A stretch of DNA of 64,000 nucleotides. Origin: an uncultured delta proteobacterium. GTDB taxonomy: Bacteria > Desulfobacterota > Binatia > UBA9968. Positions 49,026-57,709 of this stretch are shown here, piece after piece; position 1 is the first letter of the stretch; each line of letters begins with the position of its first letter. The DNA lies in the NCBI GenBank assembly GCA_963771465.1, contig CAVYTU010000015.1:896001-960000 (forward strand), written 5' to 3'. Under the pieces are notes generated by a model, which was not told the DNA's origin, did not search any database, and saw nothing but the letters and a program-made list of their open reading frames with translations. The position numbers were made by a program, and so were the translations under genes.

Positions 49026-50129
49026 ATGAAACAGCAGCCAAAAATCATCGATGGCGACGGTCATATTTTCGAGGACGGCGACGCCATCGCCCGTCATTTT
49101 CCCTACAGCGCGGTTGGCGGCCGCCTGCGCAGCGGCGTATTTCCGCTCAATAGCCATATCCAGTATTCACTGACTCGCACTCCGCCCGGCGCCTTCGCGA
49201 CAAATTCTGAAGGTCGGTTTCAAAACCCCGGACCCGAAGGATGGATTGAATTCATGGACCAGGTCGGCTTCGATTATGCGGTTCTCTTTCCGACCGCCGG
49301 GCAACGCATCGGCCGCATCGTCGACCGCGACTACGCTTGCGGCGCGGCCCGTGCGTACAACGACTGGCTGGCCGAAACTTATCTGCGGCGCGATTCACGT
49401 TTCAAAGGCATCGCCTTGCTGCCGATGCACGATGCCGACGCCGCGTTGGCGGAATTGCAGCACGCTCATCAAGAATTGGGCATGTGCGCCGTGCTGTTCC
49501 CGGCCACTGGCGTGCATTTAAACCTCGGTGCCAAGCACTACTGGCCGGTGTACGCGGAAGCGGCTCGGCTGGGCTGTCCCATTGTCGTTCACGGCGGCGG
49601 CCACTGGGATCTCGGCATGGACACGATGAACGTTTCCACCGGCGCCAATGCCATTGGTCATCCGATGTCGCTAGCGATTGCGTTGGCGGAGATGCTCTTC
49701 AACAACCTCTTCGAGCGCTTCCCCGGCCTGCGCGTGGCTTATCTCGAGGGCGGACCGCTCTGGTTTCTCATGGCCCTCGAACGTTTTTCTCGATCTTATG
49801 AGGCGGGGATTCCGATCAACCCGCGCGGCGAGCTGTTGCACTTACCCGAGGGTCAATCAGTCGCTGATTATCTCCGCGCGCTTATTCAGGCCGGCCGCCT
49901 GGTTGTGGGCATCGAAGGCGGGGAATCAGACCTTGCCTACGCGATCAAAGTTGCCGGGGAGCAAGCGTTCATGTTCTCATCAGACTTTCCGCACGAGGTG
50001 AACATCCATACGATCAACAAAGAAATTCGCGAACTGCGCAAGCGTGAGGAGATCAGTGAAATGGCCAAGCGGGCGATTCTGTGCGAAAACGCCGCGCGCT
50101 TCTACAAGTTAGATTCGGCGTCAAACTAG
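49026..50129 (+). CDS. Amidohydrolase_2 family protein
   Basis: IDGDGH, VLFPT, YNDWL, FERFPGLRVAYLEGG, SSDFPHE motifs. Confidence 0.92.
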   Translation: MKQQPKIIDGDGHIFEDGDAIARHFPYSAVGGRLRSGVFPLNSHIQYSLTRTPPGAFATNSEGRFQNPGPEGWIEFMDQVGFDYAVLFPTAGQRIGRIVDRDYACGAARAYNDWLAETYLRRDSRFKGIALLPMHDADAALAELQHAHQELGMCAVLFPATGVHLNLGAKHYWPVYAEAARLGCPIVVHGGGHWDLGMDTMNVSTGANAIGHPMSLAIALAEMLFNNLFERFPGLRVAYLEGGPLWFLMALERFSRSYEAGIPINPRGELLHLPEGQSVADYLRALIQAGRLVVGIEGGESDLAYAIKVAGEQAFMFSSDFPHEVNIHTINKEIRELRKREEISEMAKRAILCENAARFYKLDSASN

Positions 50130-50139
50130 ACGCCGGCAA

Positions 50140-50298
50140 AAAGAGTTGCGCCCCGTTCCTAAATCCGTGCGCTTTCTTTTGGACTTCGTCGGACGCTGTT
50201 ATCCGAAAGCCAAATGCGTTAGCGAAATCGAATTCACCGACCTGACATTGCTGGATAAAATCCAGCGTTCCAATTTTCCATAACAGCTGGGCAAGTAA
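50140..50298 (+). pseudogene. C-terminal remnant of an NMT1-type SBP
   Basis: KELRPVPKSVRFLLDFVGRCYPKAKCVSEIEFTDLTLLDKIQRSNFP*QLGK* parallels the C-terminus of 11908..12924; no start codon and an internal stop. Confidence 0.5.
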
Positions 50299-50734
50299 GC
50301 GTTCGCAGATTTGCTAACGGGTGAAAAGCAGGATCTGGCCCGAATTCTTTGAAAAGGTCAGAATTTGTTTTGCAGCAAGGCGTGTCGTGCAGGCATTATT
50401 CGAAACGCGAGACGCGCTGCCGAACCGGCGAGGTTTGAACGCCGAAGATAGTCGAGGAGTAAAAGACAGACCCCGTTCCCAATTATTATTGACAGTTTTC
50501 GGCTCTAGGATCGCGACTCACCCGGCACGGGCCAAGCTCAGTTTGACAGAGCGCTTCGTTACCGGATACTTTTCCAGCAAAGATGAGCGCAGGTCTGGTT
50601 CACTTTTTTCAGGTGGTTAGCTAAGGCTGTCGGAAACTGGCTCGCAAAGCTTGCTCGGGAGGAGCTGCAATTTGTGTCGGGGCCGACCTACTCAAAAGGA
50701 AATTTCTATAATCTGTCAATTGAAGGAGAGCTGC

Positions 50735-51514
50735 ATGGCGAAACGACGAAACCCACTGATGCTTGCCATCATCACCTGCGCCCTGGCACTGTCAACCGGC
50801 TGTGCGACGCAACAGGAGTTGACGCCTATACAGTCCGCCGAGACGCCGCTGATCGCCAAGGGGCGAGCGCTCTTCAATGACGTGAAACTGTCGGCGGACG
50901 GCAAGTGGTCGTGTGCATCCTGCCACCCGAATCACGGTCACACCAACAACAAGACCTACGTCGGCCTCAACGTGGTGCCGGACGGCGACCCGAATGGCCG
51001 CAGCACGCCGACGCTCTGGGGCGCGGCCACCCGGCAGGCCTTCTCCTGGGCGGGCACCGCCCCGAGCCTGCAAGCCAACATGCGTGGAATCATCGTCAAC
51101 CGCATGAAGGGGCCCGAACCCTCGCCCGATACGCTGGACGCCCTGGAGACCTATGTCAGATCGCTCGGTTATCCGCCGAACCCCAACCTCAACGCCGATG
51201 GAACCCCGTCGACCGCCGCGCCTACCGCAGCCAAACGCGGCTACGCCGTCTTCATCCAGGCGGGCTGTCAGGCATGCCATCTGCCGCCGACCTTCGACAA
51301 GAAGGATGTCGAGGACGTCTTAGTTGGAGGGAAGTTCAAGGTTCCCTCGCTGCGCGCCGTTTCCCACACCGCTCCCTACTTCCACGATGGCCGCTTCGCG
51401 ACCCTTGAGCAAGCGGTGCGTTACATGTGGGAGTACCAGCAGAAGGCCGGGACGACCGAGAAGCTCACGGAAAACGACCTGAGGGACCTGGTGGAGTTCC
51501 TGCGCATCTTGTGA
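50735..51514 (+). CDS. Di-heme cytochrome c lipoprotein, bCcP/MauG superfamily
   Basis: Lipobox STGC; two CXXCH motifs (CASCH, CQACH); GRALFND..LS, FKVPSLR, TAPYFHDG; AGGAG RBS. Confidence 0.88.
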   Translation: MAKRRNPLMLAIITCALALSTGCATQQELTPIQSAETPLIAKGRALFNDVKLSADGKWSCASCHPNHGHTNNKTYVGLNVVPDGDPNGRSTPTLWGAATRQAFSWAGTAPSLQANMRGIIVNRMKGPEPSPDTLDALETYVRSLGYPPNPNLNADGTPSTAAPTAAKRGYAVFIQAGCQACHLPPTFDKKDVEDVLVGGKFKVPSLRAVSHTAPYFHDGRFATLEQAVRYMWEYQQKAGTTEKLTENDLRDLVEFLRIL

Positions 51515-51532
51515 GGCACCCGCAAAACGGCA

Positions 51533-51598
51533 GCTTTGACAATTTGCTTATTCTAGTTGGGCAGAAATGATGAATCGAAATCAAATAATCAAAGCCTG
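51533..51598. repeat. Copy 1 of a ~65-bp imperfect direct repeat, itself palindromic
   Basis: gctttgacaatttgcttattctagttgggcagaaatgatgaatcgaaatcaaataatcaaagcctg; compare 52355-52417. Confidence 0.8.
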
Positions 51599-51749
51599 AT
51601 AAGCGTCTCGTGTCTATTCAGTGGCTTTTAAAGCGCGTCGGGATCGAACATCAGGTCAGCGTCCAGTTAAATGATTTTTTCACACGCCGTTCCCAGACCC
51701 AAATAGTGTTTTTATTTGGCACAGGATAGGGATTAGGCCTGAGTATTAA

Positions 51750-52094
51750 CTATTTAGTCAACACAACGACGAGCTTCTCCTCCATTTGTTTATCTCGATG
51801 TCCCTGATACCAACCGTACAACCGGCTGATCATCGACACGTCCCGATGAAGCCGTCGCCCTAACTCCTTGGTCGTTAGTCCACACCACTCTCGCGCAAGA
51901 TAGACTAACTGCGCTCTTGGCGCTACCCACTGGCGCTGCCGGCCCGCCTGCAACAATACCTTACCATGCCCCCGCTTCATCCCATCTTTCATAAAACTCT
52001 GGTAGCTCCACCTGGCCGCTCCGAGCTGGGAGCTGAATTGGCCGAGCATTTCTTGCGTATCGACTTTGACCGAACTTGCCTTACCGAGATACAC
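51750..52094 (-). mobile_element. C-terminal remnant of a RAYT/Y1 HUH transposase with a DnaA-C-like HTH (internally deleted)
   Basis: YLGK...VDTQEMLGQF...ARWSYQSFMKDG..GH and RAQLVYLAREWCGLTTKELGRRLHRDVSMISR; HUH core missing; aggcctgag motif just past the stop. Confidence 0.65.
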
Positions 52095-52351
52095 GCCGTT
52101 ACTGCTCCATTGATAGCAGAAGCCGGGGAAGCGCTTTTACCGCGGTCTCGAAACTATGCCAATGTCAAAATTAAACGAGTTGTTCATACGAGTCGCGGCA
52201 ATGGCCTCGCCGGCGCGATCAGAAATCCTCTCCATCACCGTGAGCCGCGGTCCGTCGCCGCTTGTGCCGCCGTTATTGGCAGCGGAGTTTCGGCGCTAAT
52301 TCCAGATATTTACATCGTTCATCGCGCCGCGACCGTGAGTGGCCTCGATGT

Positions 52352-52417
52352 CAGGCTTTGACAATTTGCTCTAGTTAGGCAGGGACGATGAATCGAATAT
52401 CAAATAATCAATGCCTG
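52352..52417. repeat. Copy 2 of the direct repeat (CAGGC...GCCTG hairpin)
   Basis: caggctttgacaatttgctctagttaggcagggacgatgaatcgaatatcaaataatcaatgcctg. Confidence 0.8.
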
Positions 52418-52494
52418 GCATGCATCTCCCACTCGGAGGAATATATCCCTAGATAAGCTTAAAGCGAGCATACGATTGCGGTAAGATCGCATCG

Positions 52495-53433
52495 ATGCAG
52501 CCGATTATCTCGATCTCGAATCTGACCAAGACCTACGCTTCGGGCCACCCGGCGCTTAAGCGCGTCGCCCTTGAAATCCGCAAAGGCGAAATCTTCGCTC
52601 TCTTGGGTCCAAATGGCGCCGGCAAAACCACGCTGATCAACATCGTGTGCGGCATCGTCACTGCCACCGAGGGTGTGGTCGTCGCCGACGGCCACGACAT
52701 CGTGCGCGACTATCGTTCGGCGCGCGCGAAGATCGGTCTGGTGCCGCAAGAACTCACCACCGATGCCTTCGAGTCGGTGTGGGCGACGGTGAGCTTCAGC
52801 CGCGGTCTATTCGGACACGCGCCTAATCCGGCTTACATCGAGCGAGTGCTGCGCGATCTCTCTTTATGGGACAAGCGCGACGATAAGATCATGACGCTCT
52901 CGGGCGGCATGAAGCGGCGTGTGATGATCGCCAAAGCGCTGGCGCATGAGCCGCAAATTTTGTTTCTTGATGAGCCGACGGCGGGCGTCGATGTCGAATT
53001 GCGCCGCGATATGTGGGCGCTGGTGCGGCGCCTGCGTGAAAGCGGCGTGACCATCATCTTGACCACTCACTATATCGACGAGGCCGAAGAGATGGCCGAT
53101 CGTATCGGCGTGATCAATAAGGGCGAGCTGATCCTGGTTGAAGAAAAGATCAAGCTGATGAAGAAACTAGGCAAGAAACAACTGACGCTCAATCTGCTCG
53201 AACCGTTGGCTTCAATCCCGCTGGAACTAAGCGACTGGGACTTGGCACTCAAAGCCGGCGGAACCGAACTGGAATATACCTTCGATGCCGACCAGGAGCG
53301 CGCCGGCATCCCGGCGCTGCTCCAGCGGGTGAGCGATCTGCACATCCGCTTAAAGGATCTCAACACGCGCCAGAGTTCGCTGGAAGATATTTTTGTTAGC
53401 TTGGTCAGTGATCGTGACGGAGATCAAAGATGA
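52495..53433 (+). CDS. ABC-2 type transporter ATP-binding protein (YadG-like)
   Basis: [30 protein letters not shown] motifs. Confidence 0.95.
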   Translation: MQPIISISNLTKTYASGHPALKRVALEIRKGEIFALLGPNGAGKTTLINIVCGIVTATEGVVVADGHDIVRDYRSARAKIGLVPQELTTDAFESVWATVSFSRGLFGHAPNPAYIERVLRDLSLWDKRDDKIMTLSGGMKRRVMIAKALAHEPQILFLDEPTAGVDVELRRDMWALVRRLRESGVTIILTTHYIDEAEEMADRIGVINKGELILVEEKIKLMKKLGKKQLTLNLLEPLASIPLELSDWDLALKAGGTELEYTFDADQERAGIPALLQRVSDLHIRLKDLNTRQSSLEDIFVSLVSDRDGDQR

Positions 53434-54206
53434 GCAGCTCGGCAATCAACCGCCACAGCGTGTGGGCGATTTATAAGTTCGAGATGGCGCGCGCGCTGCG
53501 GACACTGTTCCAGAGTGTGGTTGCGCCGGTGATCACGACGGCGCTTTACTTCGTGGTCTTCGGCTCCGCCATCGGTACGCGCATGGCGCAGGTGGACGGC
53601 GTCGCCTACGGCGCGTTCATCGTGCCGGGGTTGGTCATGCTTTCACTGTTCACCCAGAGCATCTCGAACGCCTCGTTCGGTATTTATTTCCCCAAATTCA
53701 CCGGCACGATCTATGAGCTTTTGTCGGCACCGGTGTCTTACTTGGAAATCGTCATCGCCTACGTCGGCGCCGCGGCGACCAAGTCGATCGCCCTCGGGCT
53801 GATCATTTTGGCCACGGCCGCCATGTTCGTACCGGTCCATATCCTGCACCCGCTGTGGATGATCGCCTTCCTCGTGCTCACGGCGGCAACCTTCAGTCTG
53901 TTTGGTTTCATCATCGGCATCTGGGCCAAAAGCTTCGAACAGTTGCAGTTCATTCCGATGCTGATCATAACGCCCTTGACCTTTCTCGGCGGCGCCTTCT
54001 ATTCCATCGACATGCTGCCGCCGGCCTGGCGCACCGTCACCTTGTTCAACCCGGTGGTTTATCTTATCAGCGGCTTTCGCTGGAGCTTCTATGAATCGTC
54101 CGACGTGAGCGTCGAAGTGAGCCTGGCGATGACCCTGGCATTCTTCGCGCTCTGTCTGGCGGTGGTCGGCTGGATCTTCAAAACCGGGTATCGTTTGAAG
54201 AGTTGA
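53430..54206 (+). CDS. ABC-2 type transporter permease (YadH-like)
   Basis: [36 protein letters not shown]; ATGA overlap with the ATPase. Confidence 0.93.
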   Translation: MSSSAINRHSVWAIYKFEMARALRTLFQSVVAPVITTALYFVVFGSAIGTRMAQVDGVAYGAFIVPGLVMLSLFTQSISNASFGIYFPKFTGTIYELLSAPVSYLEIVIAYVGAAATKSIALGLIILATAAMFVPVHILHPLWMIAFLVLTAATFSLFGFIIGIWAKSFEQLQFIPMLIITPLTFLGGAFYSIDMLPPAWRTVTLFNPVVYLISGFRWSFYESSDVSVEVSLAMTLAFFALCLAVVGWIFKTGYRLKS

Positions 54207-54391
54207 AGCGCAGCGCAAGAAAAGCCCGGGCCCATACGTTCCTCGCAACGATATTTGCTTGGCAAGCCCGGCTTGGCAATACTTGACATATCGAGTGATT
54301 CAACTACAACGATTATTGATCCGTCCCGCGAAAGCTCAGAAAAATGGCGTCAGTTAGCATGCAATTTTGCCGGCGTAGTGGAAACAGAAAA

Positions 54392-55522
54392 ATGCCAGTC
54401 CAGATCATCATCGCGAGAAGTATTTTATCAGCCATGCTGTTTGGTGTGCTGATATTCGCGCCCGCCGTTGACGGCCAACAAAGTAAAGCTGCAGGCTCGG
54501 CGGAATGGGACAAGTTGGTCGATGCCGCGAAGAAAGAAGCCAAGGTAACAGTATCGCTTCCGGCCAGCGCTGAGTTGAAAAAACAAATCGAGGAGCAGTT
54601 CAAAAAACGCTACGGCATCGAAGTCGAAACTTTCACGTCGCGCGGCAGCACGGGCGTGCGCCGCATGGCGGACGAGTTCAAAGCCGGCGTGCGCAGTTTC
54701 GATTTGCACATCGGCGGTTCTTCATCGATCGTCTCCGGCATGCTCGACGAGGGCATTCTCGATCCCATCGAGCCATGGCTGGCGTTGCCCGAAGTCAAAG
54801 ATCCGAAGCAGTGGTGGGGCGGTCATCTGTGGGTCGATAACGCCAAGCGATTTGTCTACACGTTTCAAGCGTATCTGTCGGAAGTTATGTGGTACAATAG
54901 CGAACTGGTCAAGCCCACCGAGATCCGTTCGTTCGACGATTTTCTCAACCCGAGATGGAAAGGCAAGATCGGCTATCTCGACCCGCGCACGCCGGGCGCC
55001 GGAGACTCCACCTGGGCGTTTATGTGGAAGGTCAAAGGCGAGGAGTATTTAAAAAAATTGGTGGCTCAGGATCTATATCTCGGCCGCGATCAACGCATAC
55101 TTGCCGAGAATTTGGCCAGAGGACGAATCGCCGTCATGATCGGTAACTCCTATTATTCTTATTTGCCTTTTCTCAAAGCCGGATTGCCGATTAAACCCCT
55201 GCCGACACTCAAAGAGGGAAATTACGGGACCGGCGGCAGCGGTAATTTAGCGATCATCAAAGCACCGGCGCGCCCGAACAGCACCAAGGTTTTCGTCAAC
55301 TGGCTGTTGGGCCGTGAGGGACAGGAGATCGTTTCCCGAGCGCTCGGTCAAGCGACGAGGCGTCTCGATGTCGATACCAGTTTTCTAAGAGAATCCGGCA
55401 CAATCGCGGCTAAAGACACGATGTCGGTCGGTGATTTTTTACAGATCGAAAATCAGTCGGAGGAAAAACTCGACAAGGTGCGCGAACCGGCCTCCAAGGT
55501 TGCCCACGCGCTGCTGAAGTAA
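54392..55522 (+). CDS. ABC substrate-binding protein (Fe3+/thiamine-type)
   Basis: WDKLVDAAKKE, FLNPRWKGKI, DPRTPG.G, KVFVNWLLGREGQ; signal peptide. Confidence 0.9.
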   Translation: MPVQIIIARSILSAMLFGVLIFAPAVDGQQSKAAGSAEWDKLVDAAKKEAKVTVSLPASAELKKQIEEQFKKRYGIEVETFTSRGSTGVRRMADEFKAGVRSFDLHIGGSSSIVSGMLDEGILDPIEPWLALPEVKDPKQWWGGHLWVDNAKRFVYTFQAYLSEVMWYNSELVKPTEIRSFDDFLNPRWKGKIGYLDPRTPGAGDSTWAFMWKVKGEEYLKKLVAQDLYLGRDQRILAENLARGRIAVMIGNSYYSYLPFLKAGLPIKPLPTLKEGNYGTGGSGNLAIIKAPARPNSTKVFVNWLLGREGQEIVSRALGQATRRLDVDTSFLRESGTIAAKDTMSVGDFLQIENQSEEKLDKVREPASKVAHALLK

Positions 55523-55588
55523 CACGGATAACGAGCGCGCTGCGAGAGAGGGCAATTATGAAACGTCAAGATCGAAAGGATCCGCGCG

Positions 55589-57001
55589 ATGGGTAATATT
55601 TCGACGGCGACCGAATCAAGCTTCGACGTTTTGGAATCCTATTTCAAGAAATATCCGGACGTTCCCAAGGAGACGATTCTCAAGCAACACATGCTGAGCC
55701 TCGGTCATTGGTTCAGCGATGCCGCGCTCGATGCCTCGGCCGGCGCGTTGGTCAAATCGTATAGACTATTCTCCTATGATCTCGTGCCGATGTCGGAGTT
55801 CAAAAGAAACGAGCATCGGCGCGTGCCGGAGCACTTCGTTCTCTTAAACGGGCCGTACGACATGCGCCCGGTAGCGATTCAGACTTCGCTTTCGCCCTAT
55901 TCGCCCTACCTGATCGATGTCGTTGATGGCCGGCTCGTCTTGACCGTGGATGGGCAAGTGGTGGCGCATGTGCGAATTCCCAAAACGCCGGACTACTATT
56001 TCAAGAACTTGCCGGACGGCACACCTTATCATGAGATTGTCGCCTTCGGCTCCTTCATCACGATCTTTCGCAACTGCCAATACTGGGGCGCCAAGGAAGA
56101 GTGTAAATTCTGCGATATCAATGAGAACGCGCGCCAGATGAAGCTGTCGCGCGACTTCACCTTGAACGCACCGGTAAAGTCGGTGGCCGATGTGGTCAAG
56201 GTATGCGAGCACGTCGCCGGGGACGCGCAAAAGATCGGCGCCGGGCAAAATTTCGTGCTCAGCGGCGGTACCATCACCAAGACGCTGCATAGCAAGAGCG
56301 AGGTGGACTTCTACGAAGAATATATTCGCGCCATTAAGAACATCGCGACTAAGCCGCGCATCACTTTCGAGGTCAACGCGCGGCCGCGCGAAGAAGTGCA
56401 ACGCTACAAAGACGCCGGCGCCGATCACATCCACTTCAACATGGAGGTGTGGGACAAGACGCTCTTTCCGTGGATCAATCCCGGCAAGGCCGAGCGGGTC
56501 GGCTGGGACAACTGGGTGCGCTGGATGGAAGACGCGGTCGAGGTGTTCGGCAATGGCATGGTGCAGCCGAGCTTCGTCTCCGGCGTCGAAATGGCGCGGC
56601 CGCATGGGTTCAAGACTGTTGAGGAAGCGGTCAAGTCCATGACTTCCGGATTCGAATACTTGATGTCGCGCGGGATCTTTCCGCGGCCGCAGCAGTGGCG
56701 GCGCGAGCCGTCGACTGCGCTATGCAAAGAAGCGGAGCAGCCGCCGGTGCCTTTGGACTATTACATTCTGATGACGCGCACGTGGTATGAGCTCTACCAA
56801 AAATATCGCGACAAGTTGCCGAAGTTCGGTACGCGCAAGCCGGGGCTCCTGGCCGAGCGCAACCTACTCGGCCCGGTGCATGGCGCCTACGGCGACTTCG
56901 CGATGATAAAGGAAAATTTATTTCCCGCGGACGTCGAGGAACAGATCAACCGGCGCAGCGTGCCGTTCGAGAACATTGCAGGAGCAACCCGTGTTTCATG
57001 A
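55589..57001 (+). CDS. Radical SAM protein with CX8CX2C motif
   Basis: CQYWGAKEECKFC, LSGG, NMEVWD..LF.WINPGK, FVSGVE motifs. Confidence 0.85.
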   Translation: MGNISTATESSFDVLESYFKKYPDVPKETILKQHMLSLGHWFSDAALDASAGALVKSYRLFSYDLVPMSEFKRNEHRRVPEHFVLLNGPYDMRPVAIQTSLSPYSPYLIDVVDGRLVLTVDGQVVAHVRIPKTPDYYFKNLPDGTPYHEIVAFGSFITIFRNCQYWGAKEECKFCDINENARQMKLSRDFTLNAPVKSVADVVKVCEHVAGDAQKIGAGQNFVLSGGTITKTLHSKSEVDFYEEYIRAIKNIATKPRITFEVNARPREEVQRYKDAGADHIHFNMEVWDKTLFPWINPGKAERVGWDNWVRWMEDAVEVFGNGMVQPSFVSGVEMARPHGFKTVEEAVKSMTSGFEYLMSRGIFPRPQQWRREPSTALCKEAEQPPVPLDYYILMTRTWYELYQKYRDKLPKFGTRKPGLLAERNLLGPVHGAYGDFAMIKENLFPADVEEQINRRSVPFENIAGATRVS

Positions 57002-57560
57002 CATTTCACCGCGCATGCAACAGGTGATGCGCGCGCTCGAAGAGCAATTGGAGCGCGATCAACGCTCACTGCGCAGCGTCGACGGCGATGTGGCGCGCAT
57101 CCTCACGCTGCTGGCGCTGTCGGCGCCGACGGGCGCGTTTCTCGAGCTTGGCAGCAGCGGCGGCTACTCAAGCCTGTGGCTTTCCTTGGCCGCGCGCGCA
57201 AAAGGGGTCACGCTTACAACCGTCGATCTCGATGAAAAGAAGGTCGCTCTAGCGCGGGCAAACATTGCCCAGGCCGGTGCCGATGGTTTTGTCCAGGTCT
57301 TTCACGGCGACGCGTTCGACTATGCCGGCCGGTCTGAGCCGCTGGCGTTTTGTTTTTCCGATATCGAGCCGCCGGAAAATAATGCCAAGATTTACGAACT
57401 GATCGTGCCGCGCCTGGTGCCGGGAGGCTGGCTGGTCGTCGACAACGTAACATCGCCACGCTACCAGAAAGAGTTGCTGGAACGCGCGCACAGCGATCCG
57501 CGCGTAGACTGCGTGCATCTACCGTTTCCAAAGGGCGATCTTATCTGCCGCAAGTGCTGA
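56991..57560 (+). CDS. Class I SAM-dependent (O-)methyltransferase
   Basis: LELGSSGGYS, VD, GDA, LVPGGWLVVDNV; GTG start with GGAG RBS, overlapping the radical SAM stop. Confidence 0.88.
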   Translation: MFHDISPRMQQVMRALEEQLERDQRSLRSVDGDVARILTLLALSAPTGAFLELGSSGGYSSLWLSLAARAKGVTLTTVDLDEKKVALARANIAQAGADGFVQVFHGDAFDYAGRSEPLAFCFSDIEPPENNAKIYELIVPRLVPGGWLVVDNVTSPRYQKELLERAHSDPRVDCVHLPFPKGDLICRKC

Positions 57561-57600
57561 AATCCGAGCCGTGAATCGACCTTGCACGTAGCCCGGATTT
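57561..57600. repeat. GTAG-type REP-like hairpin
   Basis: aatccgagc-cgtg...cacg-ta-gcccggatt inverted repeat containing GTAGCCCGGAT. Confidence 0.45.
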
Positions 57601-57709
57601 CGCAGTTCGAATCAATTGCGTCCGCCCAGCGAGGTGAGAGCCTGGAGTAGTGACAACACCCGATGTTACGGGTTGCTGGCGCCAAAATCGTCAGCCGCCA
57701 ATCTCCGGT

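Noticed and set aside
48742-49157. Short ORFs between pgm and the amidohydrolase
   Set aside because: Mutually overlapping with no motifs; more likely a divergent promoter region
50321-50620. 99-aa ORF upstream of the cytochrome gene
   Set aside because: No recognisable domain; runs through a repeat-like motif in a degenerate region
51966-52361. 131-aa plus-strand ORF within the repeat-bounded segment
   Set aside because: Half is antisense to the transposase remnant and the rest has no recognisable family
55558-55596. 12-aa ORF MKRQDRKDPRDG as a RiPP precursor or leader for the radical SAM enzyme
   Set aside because: Very short, overlaps the enzyme start, and the enzyme shows no SPASM/RRE hallmark; likely chance
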